In this document: in pieces, positions 40,495 through 51,680 of the stretch
How the letters are laid out: each line of letters starts with the position of its first letter
Position numbering within the stretch: position 1 is the first letter of the stretch
Origin: an uncultured Gammaproteobacteria bacterium
GTDB lineage: Bacteria; Pseudomonadota; Gammaproteobacteria; Steroidobacterales; Rariloculaceae
Reading direction: 5' to 3'
Length of the DNA: 64,000 nt
Assembly: GCA_963713355.1 (NCBI GenBank)
Contig: CAVQLK010000012.1
Location: 36,679-100,678 of the forward strand
The notes under the pieces: model-generated
Told to the model about the DNA's origin: nothing
Database searches by the model: none
Seen by the model: the letters and a program-made list of their open reading frames with translations, nothing else
Made by a program: the position numbers and the translations under genes

Positions 40495-40962
40495 ATGAGC
40501 AAACCGACGGTCGGAAAAAAAATCGCCTCGTTCAAGGCGGGCACGACTGCCAGCCCCGGGCTCCGGAGCCGCGACCTGCTCGGCAGACCTTACGTCTTGT
40601 ACTTCTATCCGAAGGACGATACCCCGGGCTGCACGCTCGAAGGCAAGGACTTTCGCGACCGGCACGCCGAGTTCGGTAAGCTCGGTGTCCGCGTGCTCGG
40701 GATCTCGCGCGACTCGTTGGCGTCGCATGCGAAGTTTCAGGCGAAGTATGATCTACCTTTCGAGCTCGTATCCGACGCGGACGAGACGCTGTGCAACCAG
40801 TTCGAGGTTATCAAGGACAAGAATATGTATGGCAAGAAGGTGCGCGGTATCGAGCGCAGCACCTTCCTCGTCGATGCGGCGGGGGTCTTGCGCAAAGAGT
40901 GGCGCAAGGTCAAGGTTGACGGGCACGTGGCCGAAGTCCTGGCGGCGGCCGCGGAGCTGTGA
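40495..40962 (+). CDS. bcp: Peroxiredoxin Bcp
   Basis: YFYPKDDTPGCTLE and GIERSTF motifs. Confidence 0.93.
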   Translation: MSKPTVGKKIASFKAGTTASPGLRSRDLLGRPYVLYFYPKDDTPGCTLEGKDFRDRHAEFGKLGVRVLGISRDSLASHAKFQAKYDLPFELVSDADETLCNQFEVIKDKNMYGKKVRGIERSTFLVDAAGVLRKEWRKVKVDGHVAEVLAAAAEL

Positions 40963-41037
40963 TGGAACGGACCAGGCGCCCCGGAGGTCGATAGACACCA
41001 TGAGCGACCGGTTCGGCAACAGGGAGGGCACTACGCC

Positions 41038-42480
41038 ATGAGGCGCTGGCTCGCGCTATTGGCGACGGCAGCGTCCGCGCTGTCTCTTTCCGCCGCCGAG
41101 CTGCCTGATTTCGGCAGCCCGGCCGACGCGGCGCTCAGCAAGAGCCGCGAAGCGCAGATCGGCCGCGGCGTCATGGTGCAGCTGCGTAACGCCGGCGTCG
41201 TCGTCGACGACCCCTTCCTCGAGGAGTACTTGACGTCGCTCGGCTCGCGCCTCGCGACTCAGATCAACGACGGCGGGTTCAACTTCAATTTCTTCGTCGT
41301 GCAGGACGAGGGCATCAACGCCTTTGCACTGCCCGGCGGCTACATCGGCGTCAACTCGGGATTGATCCTGGCGAGCGAAACAGAAAGCGAGCTCGCCGGC
41401 GTCCTGGCCCACGAGATTTCGCACGTGACGCAGCGGCACATTGCTCGCGGAGCGTACGACAATCAGCGCACGAGCATCGTGTCGCTGGCCGCCATGCTCG
41501 CAGCGCTCGTGCTCGGCGCTGCGGCGGACATGTCGGGTGATGCAATGACGGGCATCGTCTCGGCGTCGCAAGGCTTGGCCGCGCAACGTCAAATCAACTT
41601 CACGCGCGCCAACGAGCACGAAGCCGATCGCGTCGGCATCCAGCTGCTGTCGAGCGCGGGATTCGACCCGTATGGCATGTCGACCTTCTTCGAGAAGCTC
41701 GGCCGTCGTTACGGCGGCTCCTCGCAATACGTGCCCGAGTTGCTGCGCACCCACCCCGTCAGCGCGGACCGCGTCGCGGAAGCTCGCGACCGCGCGCGGC
41801 AGCTTCCCGCAACGTCTTATGAGAGCAGCCCGCGGTATACGCTGGCGAAGTCGCGGCTCGTCGCCTTGACCGCCGCGACGCCCGAGGACGCCTTCGCGGC
41901 ATTTCGCGACAAGGTCGATAGTGACGCGCCCGAAGACCGCTACGGCCTTGCCCTGGCATCGATGCGCATGGGATTGCACGACAACGCCGAATCGTTGTTC
42001 CGCGGGCTCATCGAGGATTATCCGAACGCAATGGCGTTTCGGGTCGGTCAGGCAGAAGCGATGGCCGCGAGCGGCGCAACGCAGCCCGCGCTCGCACTGT
42101 ACGCGGAAGCCATTCGGCTGTTTCCGCGCAACGTTCCTTTGACGATCAGCTACGCGGAGACGTTGATCGCAGCCGGCAAGCCCGCCGAAGCGCACGAGTT
42201 GCTGCTCGACCTCTTGAACAACGTGCCGCCGACTGCGCCACAGTTGCGTCTGATCGCTCGCGCCGCAAATGCCGAGGGCGATGTCGCGAACGCCTACTTC
42301 TACATGTCCTATTACTACGCCGCGATCGGCAACTTGCCCCTCGCGATTGGTCAGGTGCGCATGGCGCTCGAGACGCCGAACAGCAACGACGTCGATAACG
42401 CGCGCTTCAGGTCACGCCTGCACCAGCTCATCGAGTATCTGCCCGACGAGCAGCGGCACTTGGCGACAGCCCCGCGATAA
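41038..42480 (+). CDS. bepA: M48 metalloprotease/chaperone with TPR repeats (BepA/YfgC)
   Basis: INAFALPGG, HEISH zinc motif, EHEADRVG, LRTHP and a TPR-like C-terminus. Confidence 0.88.
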   Translation: MRRWLALLATAASALSLSAAELPDFGSPADAALSKSREAQIGRGVMVQLRNAGVVVDDPFLEEYLTSLGSRLATQINDGGFNFNFFVVQDEGINAFALPGGYIGVNSGLILASETESELAGVLAHEISHVTQRHIARGAYDNQRTSIVSLAAMLAALVLGAAADMSGDAMTGIVSASQGLAAQRQINFTRANEHEADRVGIQLLSSAGFDPYGMSTFFEKLGRRYGGSSQYVPELLRTHPVSADRVAEARDRARQLPATSYESSPRYTLAKSRLVALTAATPEDAFAAFRDKVDSDAPEDRYGLALASMRMGLHDNAESLFRGLIEDYPNAMAFRVGQAEAMAASGATQPALALYAEAIRLFPRNVPLTISYAETLIAAGKPAEAHELLLDLLNNVPPTAPQLRLIARAANAEGDVANAYFYMSYYYAAIGNLPLAIGQVRMALETPNSNDVDNARFRSRLHQLIEYLPDEQRHLATAPR

Positions 42481-42515
42481 ACCCCACTTCAGCGTCGGCG
42501 GGTTGCGGCGACCTT

Positions 42516-42540
42516 AAATAGGACTAAAATGGTCCACTAT
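42516..42540. promoter_or_regulatory. IscR type-1-like operator upstream of the suf operon
   Basis: AAATAGGACTAAAATGGTCCACTAT matches 19 of 25 positions of the recalled consensus ATASYYGACTRWWWYAGTCRRSTAT. Confidence 0.65.
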
Positions 42541-42564
42541 TAACTGACCGCAGGAAGCGCCGGC

Positions 42565-43020
42565 ATGCTGCGCATGAGCAAGTTGACCGACTACGGAACG
42601 ATGGTGCTGGCTCAGCTCGCCGCCAGCGACCCGGGCTGGACGACGGCCGGGCAGGTCGCCGACGCCACCCACTTAGGCCCTCCAACCGTCAGCAAGCTGC
42701 TGAAGGCGCTCGTGCACGCGGGTCTCGTGGTATCGAGCCGTGGGGTCCAGGGCGGCTACGCGCTCGCGCGACCCGCCGCAGCGATCAGCGCTGCCGAGAT
42801 ACTCGACGCGCTAGAAGGGCCTGTCGCGATCACGGAGTGCAGCTCCTCGCACGGCCTCTGCGACCTCGAATCGTATTGCCGCGTTGGCACCGCGTGGCAA
42901 CGCATCAACTTGAGTATCCGCAAAGCGCTCGACGGCATCAGCCTCGCCGATCTGCAAACGCGGCGCGAGCCGCTACCCGATCTGCGCGCTGACCTCCGCG
43001 ATGCCGCAGTGGCACGATAG
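42565..43020 (+). CDS. Rrf2-family SUF system regulator (IscR-like)
   Basis: [16 protein letters not shown] and three Cys ([14 protein letters not shown]); first gene of the suf operon. Confidence 0.9.
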   Translation: MLRMSKLTDYGTMVLAQLAASDPGWTTAGQVADATHLGPPTVSKLLKALVHAGLVVSSRGVQGGYALARPAAAISAAEILDALEGPVAITECSSSHGLCDLESYCRVGTAWQRINLSIRKALDGISLADLQTRREPLPDLRADLRDAAVAR

Positions 43021-43034
43021 GAATTTCTTCAGAC

Positions 43035-44483
<1,449 letters not shown>

Positions 44484-44492
44484 GCTTGGGAT

Positions 44493-45251
44493 ATGAAAAT
44501 GTTGAGCATCGAGAACCTGCACGCGCGCGTCGGCGACCGCGAAATCCTGAAAGGCCTGACGTTGAGCATCCCAGCCGGCGAAGTGCACGCCATCATGGGA
44601 CCGAATGGCTCGGGCAAGAGCACGCTCGCGCAAGTGCTCGCGGGCCGCGAAGACTACGAGGTCACGGCCGGCCGCGTCGAATATCGCGGCCAGGACCTCC
44701 TCGCAATGGCGCCCGAAGAGCGGGCCCGCGCAGGCGTATTTCTCGCCTTCCAGTACCCGATCGAAATTCCCGGCGTGAACAACACGTACCTCCTGAAAGC
44801 TGCTTTGAACGCGCAACGCGAGGCCCGCGGCGAGCCGCCCGTCGACGCATTCGAGTTCATGAAGATTATCAAGAGCAAGATGGAAATCGTTAATATATCT
44901 AAGGATTTTCTGACCAGAAACGTGAACCAAGGGTTCTCGGGCGGAGAGAAGAAGCGCAACGAGATTCTGCAGATGCTGCTGCTCGAGCCGCGCCTTGCCG
45001 TGCTCGACGAAACCGACTCGGGTCTCGACGTCGACGCGCTGAAGATCGTCGCGCACGGCGTCAACAGCCTGCGCTCGCCCGAGCGGTCGATGCTGCTCGT
45101 CACTCACTATGAGCGCTTGCTCGAGCTGATCGTGCCGGATCGCGTGCACGTGCTCGCGGGCGGGCGAATCGTGAAGTCGGGTGGCAAAGACCTCGCTCGC
45201 GAGCTCGACGAGCGCGGCTACGATTGGGTACAGGCCGGAGGACAGGCGTGA
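44493..45251 (+). CDS. sufC: Fe-S cluster assembly ATPase SufC
   Basis: GPNGSGKST, FSGGEKKRNE and LDETDSGLD motifs. Confidence 0.98.
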   Translation: MKMLSIENLHARVGDREILKGLTLSIPAGEVHAIMGPNGSGKSTLAQVLAGREDYEVTAGRVEYRGQDLLAMAPEERARAGVFLAFQYPIEIPGVNNTYLLKAALNAQREARGEPPVDAFEFMKIIKSKMEIVNISKDFLTRNVNQGFSGGEKKRNEILQMLLLEPRLAVLDETDSGLDVDALKIVAHGVNSLRSPERSMLLVTHYERLLELIVPDRVHVLAGGRIVKSGGKDLARELDERGYDWVQAGGQA

Positions 45252-46538
45252 CGGCGGCGATTCCACTGACGGCTGGCGTCGCCGTGCCGGGGCCGGAGCC
45301 GACGCGCGCCGCACGTTTGCACGCGCTCGCCGATCTCGACGCAGCCGGCTGGCCGACTCGGCGCCGCGAACCATGGCGTTACACGGATCTCGAGCCCCTC
45401 GCGGCGGCGAACTTCGATCTTGCTCCGGCTGCGATCGGCCGCGACACGGTCGCCGCGGCGAAAGCGGTGCTCGCCGATGCGTCGCTCGGCGCCGCTGCGC
45501 AGCAACTCGTGCTGCTCGATGGCGAGCGGGTCGTCGATCTCGGTGCACCAACCATCGGCCGGCGTCGAAGTCACGAGCTCTCGAGGACGCTGGAGCGAGT
45601 TCGTCGCGTCGTTCGCGAAACCCATCGGAGCAGCCGAATATCCGTTGGCGGCGCTGAATACCGCATTCGCCCGAGATGGCCTCTGGATCCGAGTTCCGGC
45701 AGGCGCCGCCGTGCGCACGCCGATCCATCTCGTGCTCATCGGCTCCGCGCGCGAGCGGATCGCCGCGCAACCGCGCATCGTCATCGAAGCCGAGCCGGGC
45801 TCACAGGCGACCTTCGTGCAGCACTTCCTAGACTGCGGCGCCGAGTCGCGCGGCTGGCACAACAGCGTCACCCAGTTGAAGCAAGCCGCGGGATCGCGGC
45901 TCAGCTTCTACCGGATTCAGCGGCATGCTCGCGGCGTCGCACATACGTCGCTCTTGTCCGCCGAGCTCGGTGAGAGCGCCGAGCTTTCGGCCGGATACTT
46001 CGATCTCGGGGGGCGGCTCGTTCGGAACGACGTCGCAATCGTACTGCGCGGGGCTCGGGCTCGAACCGATCTGTTCGGCTTGTTGCTAGCGGGCGTGGGC
46101 CAGCACATCGACGATCACACCGTCATCCGCCACGCCGCGGGAGAGACGGTCAGCAGCGAGAACGTCCGCGCCATCATCGGCGAGCGTGGCCGCGGCGTCT
46201 TCAACGGCAAGGTCGTCGTCGAGCCCGGCTGCCAGCGCATCGACGCGCGCCAGAGAAACGACAATCTGCTGCTCGGCGAGCACGCGGAGATCGACGCCAA
46301 GCCGGAGCTCGAGATCCATGCGAACGACGTCAAATGCAGCCATGGGTCGACCGTCGGCGAGCTCGACGCCGAGCAACTGTTCTATCTCCGAGCCCGGGGA
46401 CTGTTGCCCGCGGATGCCCGGCGCCTCCTGACGACGGCATTCGCGACGACGGTCGTCGAGCAGATCGCCGACGTGGAAATTCGCAGCGGCGCGCTCGCGC
46501 ACGTCACGGCGCGGCTCGGACCGTTGACGGAGCAATGA
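45248..46538 (+). CDS. sufD: Fe-S cluster assembly protein SufD (apparent frameshift near 45545-45560)
   Basis: N-terminal PTRRREPWRYTDL is in one frame; C-terminal KPELEIHANDVKCSHG and LFYLRARG are in another. Confidence 0.88.
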
Positions 46539-47794
46539 CAGTGGCAACCGCAGAACGCTCCGTTCCGCTCCTCAAGCGGGATTTCGCGGCGCTACGCGGC
46601 GACTTTCCCGCGCTGCAGCAACGCGTGCACGGCAAGCCGCTCGCTTATCTCGACAATGCAGCGTCGAGCCAGACGCCCGTGCAGGTCCTCGACGCGATCG
46701 CGCAACAGCAGCGGCTGAATCACTCGAACGTGCACCGCGGCGTGCATCAGCTCAGCGAACGTGCGACGGCAGCCTACGAGGACGCGCGCGAGAAGGTTCG
46801 CCGATTCATCAATGCATCGTCCGTCGCCGAGATCGTCTTCACGCGGGGCACGACGGAGTCGATCAACTTGGTCGCGGCGAGCTTCGGTCAGCGACTCGAG
46901 GCCGGCGACGAGGTGCTCATCACGGCGCTCGAGCATCACTCGAACATCGTCCCGTGGCAGCTCTTGTGCGAGCGCACGGGCGCACGGCTCGTCGTCGCGC
47001 CGATTCGCGACGACGGCTCGCTCGACGTCGCCGCCTTCGACGAGCGGCTCAGCGAGCGCACGAGAATCGTAGCCGTCGCCCATGTCTCGAACGCGCTCGG
47101 CACCGTCAACCCACTCGGCACGCTCATTGCCAAAGCCCACGCCGCCGGCGCCGTCGTGCTCGTCGACGGCGCGCAGGCCGTGCCTCACATGCGCGTCGAC
47201 GTCCGAGCGCTCGATTGCGATTTTTACGCGTTCTCGGCGCACAAGATGTTCGGCCCGACGGGCACCGGCGTCCTTTACGGCAAACGCGCGCTGCTCGAGA
47301 CGATGCCGCCGTATCAAGGCGGCGGCGACATGATCCTCACGGTGACTTTCGAGCGCAGCACGTACAACGCCCTGCCTTACAAGTTCGAGGCGGGCACACC
47401 GAACATCACGGGCGTCGTCGGCCTCGGCGCCGCCGTCGACTACCTCGAGACGATCGACTTCGCCGCGGTCGCCGCTCACGAGCACGCCCTGCTCGAGAAC
47501 GCGACGCAACGCGTGCTCGCAGATGTTCCGGGCGTGCGTTTGATCGGGACGGCTGCCGGCAAGGCGAGCGTGCTGTCGTTCGTCGTCGACGGCATCCACG
47601 CACACGACCTCGGCACGATCGTCGACAGCGAGGGAGTCGCGATCCGTACGGGGCACCATTGTGCGATGCCCGTCATGGAGCGTTTCGGCGTCGCGGCTAC
47701 GGCTCGCGCATCGTTCGCTCTCTACAACAACGACGACGACGTCGACCGGCTCATGGCCGGGCTCGAGAAAGCCGTGGAGATCTTCCGTGGATGA
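46535..47794 (+). CDS. sufS: Cysteine desulfurase SufS
   Basis: YLDNAAS, EHHSN, SAHKMFGPTG (PLP lysine) and RTGHHCA motifs. Confidence 0.96.
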   Translation: MTVATAERSVPLLKRDFAALRGDFPALQQRVHGKPLAYLDNAASSQTPVQVLDAIAQQQRLNHSNVHRGVHQLSERATAAYEDAREKVRRFINASSVAEIVFTRGTTESINLVAASFGQRLEAGDEVLITALEHHSNIVPWQLLCERTGARLVVAPIRDDGSLDVAAFDERLSERTRIVAVAHVSNALGTVNPLGTLIAKAHAAGAVVLVDGAQAVPHMRVDVRALDCDFYAFSAHKMFGPTGTGVLYGKRALLETMPPYQGGGDMILTVTFERSTYNALPYKFEAGTPNITGVVGLGAAVDYLETIDFAAVAAHEHALLENATQRVLADVPGVRLIGTAAGKASVLSFVVDGIHAHDLGTIVDSEGVAIRTGHHCAMPVMERFGVAATARASFALYNNDDDVDRLMAGLEKAVEIFRG

Positions 47795-48239
47795 ATTGCA
47801 AGAGCTGTATCGCGAAGTGATCCTCGATCACAACCGCAATCCGCGCAATTTTGGCGAGCTCGCCGACGCCACGCGCGTCGTCGCCGGCGTGAATCCGCTC
47901 TGCGGCGACAAGATGACGCTGTACGTGAAGCTCGGCAACGGCAAGATCGAGGACATCCGCTTCCAGGGAACGGGCTGCGCCATCTCCGTTGCGTCCTCGT
48001 CGTTGATGACCGAGCGCGTCAAAGGGGCGCCTGTGAGCGTAGCGCTCGACCTGTTCGACAAAGTGCACGAGCTCCTGACGGCCCCTCGCGACCGCGAGCC
48101 CGCCGCAGATCTCGACAAGCTTGCCGCGCTCGGCGGCGTCCGCGAATACCCCTCACGCGTCAAGTGCGCCAGCCTCGGATGGCACGCGCTGAAGTCGGCC
48201 GTCGCCGACGACGGCACGGGCAACGTGACGACCGAGTAG
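47787..48239 (+). CDS. sufU: SUF system NifU-family sulfur-transfer protein SufU
   Basis: LYREVILDH, NPLCGD, GCAISVAS and RVKCASL motifs. Confidence 0.92.
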   Translation: MDELQELYREVILDHNRNPRNFGELADATRVVAGVNPLCGDKMTLYVKLGNGKIEDIRFQGTGCAISVASSSLMTERVKGAPVSVALDLFDKVHELLTAPRDREPAADLDKLAALGGVREYPSRVKCASLGWHALKSAVADDGTGNVTTE

Positions 48240-48241
48240 CC

Positions 48242-48793
48242 ATGTATCACTCGCAAAACGAGCCCGTGACTTTCGTGCGCGACTGCCCTGCGGTGCTGAT
48301 ACCGGCCGGCGAGCGCGTGACGTTGCCGGCGGGCAGCACGGGATTCATGACTCAGGCGCTCGGCGGCAGCTTCACGATCTACATCGAGGGCAACCTGTTC
48401 CGCATCGCAGGCCGCGACGGCGACGCGATCGGCAAGGAGCCGCTCACGGCGCCGGACGTGCCCGAGGACGCGACGGAGGCCGACATCGAATCGGCCGTAT
48501 GGCAACAGCTGCGCACCTGCTACGACCCCGAGATCCCGATCAACATCGTCGAGCTCGGGCTCGTCTACGAGTGCAAGATCGAGCGCGCGCCGTCCGGCAA
48601 TCGCGTCGCGAAGATCAGGATGACGCTGACGGCGCCGGGGTGCGGCATGGGCGAGATCCTCGCGCAGGACGTTCGCGAGAAGACCGAGATGATCCCCACC
48701 GTCGAGCGCGCCGACGTCGAGCTCGTGTTCGACCCGCCCTGGAATCAGTCGATGATGTCGGAGGAAGCGCGTCTCGAGGCCGGACTGTTGTAG
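48242..48793 (+). CDS. sufT: Fe-S assembly protein SufT (DUF59)
   Basis: CYDPEIPINIVELGLVY, MTLTAPGCGMG and FDPPW motifs. Confidence 0.92.
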   Translation: MYHSQNEPVTFVRDCPAVLIPAGERVTLPAGSTGFMTQALGGSFTIYIEGNLFRIAGRDGDAIGKEPLTAPDVPEDATEADIESAVWQQLRTCYDPEIPINIVELGLVYECKIERAPSGNRVAKIRMTLTAPGCGMGEILAQDVREKTEMIPTVERADVELVFDPPWNQSMMSEEARLEAGLL

Positions 48794-48815
48794 TCCGGTA
48801 GCCGGGAAGCACCCG

Positions 48816-49328
48816 ATGAAGCGACTCCTGTTGCTGCGCCATGCGAAGGCCGTGCCGGCCACGGACCCCTTGGTCGACATCACACGGTCGCTCGCCGAGC
48901 GCGGCGAGCGCGATGCGCGCCGGATCGGCGAGCGGCTACGTGAGCAGCGGCTCCACCCGACACTGATCCTTACGAGCCCGGCCGCACGCGCGCTGCAAAC
49001 CGCACAGATCGTCGCGTCCGCCATCGACTATCCGCACGAGCGCATCGCGCTCGAGCGCCGGCTCTATCTCGCCGAACCCGCCGCGATCGTCGAAATCATC
49101 GCAGCCCAGGATGCCGCGCTGGAAACGCTGCTCGTCGTCGGCCACAACCCGGGTCTCACCGATCTCGTCCACCGGCTGCTGCCCGATTTCGACGTCGATG
49201 ACATGCCGACGGGCGCCGTCGTCGGGATCGACTACGCCGTCGCGTGGTCGAGCATGGACGATGCCACGGCGGCCCTCTCTTACTACGACTTTCCAAAGAA
49301 CTCGCGCGCGCCCGTCGCGGCTCGCTGA
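48816..49328 (+). CDS. sixA: SixA-like phosphohistidine phosphatase
   Basis: LLRHAKA, SPAARALQTA and VGHNPGL motifs. Confidence 0.8.
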   Translation: MKRLLLLRHAKAVPATDPLVDITRSLAERGERDARRIGERLREQRLHPTLILTSPAARALQTAQIVASAIDYPHERIALERRLYLAEPAAIVEIIAAQDAALETLLVVGHNPGLTDLVHRLLPDFDVDDMPTGAVVGIDYAVAWSSMDDATAALSYYDFPKNSRAPVAAR

Positions 49329-49378
49329 TCGACTTGGCCCGCCGGGGATGGCGGGCGTGCGAGATTGCAGGGTGCGAA

Positions 49379-49783
49379 CTACGGCCGTTGCCGCGCACGC
49401 AGCAGTAGCCGGCGAGTCCGCTTGTCAGGCTTCCCAGCCGTCGGGGGCGTGTAAGAAACGCGGGACGCGCGCTCCTCGGCCGCTTTGCGGCGGCGCTCGA
49501 TCGATTCCGGGCTCTCGACGTAGCTCGCGGCGGCTTCGGGCGCCGGGCCGCGGCGCATGGGGATCGCGGCGATCGCGAGGTCACGCTCGCCGCCGTGCCG
49601 CAGCGCGACTTGTAATGCATCCCCGACCTTCACGGCGTGCGCCGGCTTCACGCGCTGGCCGTTCAGACGCACGTGGCCGCCGCGGACTGCTTCTGCCGCG
49701 GCGCTACGGCTCTTGAAGAGGCGCGCGCACCACAACCAGCGGTCGATACGCAGGCCGTCTGCGGCGTCGTCGCGATCCTGCAT
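49379..49783 (-). CDS. hslR: S4-domain ribosome-associated heat shock protein Hsp15
   Basis: RIDRWLWCARLFKSRS, RRGPAPEA and GKPDKRTRR motifs. Confidence 0.88.
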   Translation of the reverse strand: MQDRDDAADGLRIDRWLWCARLFKSRSAAAEAVRGGHVRLNGQRVKPAHAVKVGDALQVALRHGGERDLAIAAIPMRRGPAPEAAASYVESPESIERRRKAAEERASRVSYTPPTAGKPDKRTRRLLLRARQRP

Positions 49784-49787
49784 CGCC

Positions 49788-51659
49788 TTACTGCGTATCG
49801 CAAAAGCAGTAGGCGTAGACGCCGCGCGGGTCGTTGAGGCGGTCGATGAAGGCCATTGGCTCCAACGCCGACTCCAAGGCTTGCGTCACGTTGGACGGCC
49901 AGCGCGGCAGACCGACGAAGCGACCATCGGTAGCCGCTACGACTTTAGCCGTCATCGACAACACCAAGCGCTCGGTAAAGCCAAGCTGCTGCTCGACGTA
50001 ATCGAGCATGTAGCTGCCGCTCTCGAGCCCGGCGAGCTCCGCGGCCGACTCGATCGCTTCGGGCAGGCCGCCGAGCTTGTCGACGAGACCGCGCGAGAGC
50101 GCATCGGCGCCCGTCCAGACGCGCCCTTGTGCGGCCGACTCGATCTCGTCGACGGTGCGCTCGCGGTGCTCGGCGACCTTGCCGACAAAATCGGCGTAGG
50201 TGTGGCGAATCGAAAGCTCGATGACGCCTTTCATGCTCTCTCCGAGCGGCCGCGTCATGTCGAGCGCGCCGGCGAGCTCCGTCGTGCCGACGCCATCGAC
50301 GTGGACGCCGAGCCAGTCGAGCGCGCGCGGGATCGTCGGAATCGTCGCGCCGACTCCAATCGAGCCCGTCAGCGTCGTCGGGCTCGCCCAGATTTCGTCG
50401 GCGGCCATCGCGATCCAGTAACCGCCCGACGCCGCAACGCTGCCCATCGAGACGACGACGGGCCGATCCGTCTCTTGGAACCTCACGAGCTCGCGCAAGA
50501 TCACGTCGGAAGCGAATGCGCTGCCGCCACCCGAATCGACACGCAGCACGAGCGCCTTCACTGCGGTATCGGCCCGCGCGCGCCGAATGAGCTCGGACGT
50601 CGAATCGCCGCCAATCGTGCCCGGAAGCTGCGTGCCGTCGAGAATCGTGCCCGAAGCGACGATCACAGCAACCTTGTTGGGCTGAACCTCGGGGACCGCT
50701 TCGGTCCGTAGCCAGGTCACGTACGTGTCGAGCGAGACCTCGGAGTAGACGTCGGGCTGCCGGCCGGGCCGCCGTTCTTCGCCGATCGCTTCGCGAATGC
50801 GCTCGCGCATTGCGTCGCGCGTCAACAGCCCGTCGACGAGCCCATAGTCCATGGCAAGGCGTGCCGTGTCGCCGCCGGCCTCGCCTAGCAACGTGACGAT
50901 GTCGTCGGCGTATTGCTGGATCGCTGGCACCGCGAGGCCGCGCGCAGCCGTGACGTCCGCCATGTACGCGCCCCAGAGCGCGTCGAGGAAAACCTTCGAT
51001 GCTTCTTCGTCTTGCGGCGACATGTCGTCGCGCGTAAACGGCTCGACGAACGACTTGTATTCGCCGACCGTCCAGATGTTCCAATCGACGTAAATCTTGT
51101 CGAAGAATGATTTGGCGTACGGCAGGAAGCGGCTGTAGCCGTCGACGAGCACGAGGCCCATCGGGTGCATGTAAACGTCGTCGGCCTGCGCCGCGAGGTA
51201 GTACTGGTCGCGCGTGAACCCGTCGCCGACGGCGACGACGGGCTTGCCGCTCTCCTTGAAGCGGCGGAGCTCGGCGGCTATCTCCTGAAGCTTGCTCAAG
51301 CCCGCTCCCGTCATCTCGTCGAGGTCGAGAACGACGCCCTTGATGCGTTCGTCGTCTCGCGCGGAACGCAGCGCGTCGACGATGTCGCGCACGAGCGTTT
51401 CCTGGAGCGGCGCACCTTGGGCTCGAGCGAGCGCGCGCTGGAGCGCGTCGCCGGACAGCTGATCGACGAGGACGCCGCGAGGCTCGATCACGAGCGCCGC
51501 GGTTCGCGGTATGAACACACGCCCGCCGACGGCGCTGACCACTAGGAGCAGGAACAGGGCGAGCAACAAGATCAAGTGCAGCAGGCGGCGCAGCCGATCG
51601 AGGCCACGCCAGATACCCGACACGATTTTGAGCGGCCACGGGCGATTGTCCCTGTCCAT
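49788..51659 (-). CDS. sppA: Signal peptide peptidase SppA (protease IV, 67K type)
   Basis: VGEYKS, LRVDSGGGS, SMGSVAASGGYW and GSIGV motifs. Confidence 0.93.
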   Translation of the reverse strand: MDRDNRPWPLKIVSGIWRGLDRLRRLLHLILLLALFLLLVVSAVGGRVFIPRTAALVIEPRGVLVDQLSGDALQRALARAQGAPLQETLVRDIVDALRSARDDERIKGVVLDLDEMTGAGLSKLQEIAAELRRFKESGKPVVAVGDGFTRDQYYLAAQADDVYMHPMGLVLVDGYSRFLPYAKSFFDKIYVDWNIWTVGEYKSFVEPFTRDDMSPQDEEASKVFLDALWGAYMADVTAARGLAVPAIQQYADDIVTLLGEAGGDTARLAMDYGLVDGLLTRDAMRERIREAIGEERRPGRQPDVYSEVSLDTYVTWLRTEAVPEVQPNKVAVIVASGTILDGTQLPGTIGGDSTSELIRRARADTAVKALVLRVDSGGGSAFASDVILRELVRFQETDRPVVVSMGSVAASGGYWIAMAADEIWASPTTLTGSIGVGATIPTIPRALDWLGVHVDGVGTTELAGALDMTRPLGESMKGVIELSIRHTYADFVGKVAEHRERTVDEIESAAQGRVWTGADALSRGLVDKLGGLPEAIESAAELAGLESGSYMLDYVEQQLGFTERLVLSMTAKVVAATDGRFVGLPRWPSNVTQALESALEPMAFIDRLNDPRGVYAYCFCDTQ

Positions 51660-51680
51660 GTCTCTTTTCCTGAAAAAAGC

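Noticed and set aside
40964-40992. SigmaE-like promoter before bepA (GGAACGG...GTCGAT)
   Set aside because: Biologically plausible, but the match is too degenerate to list as a feature.
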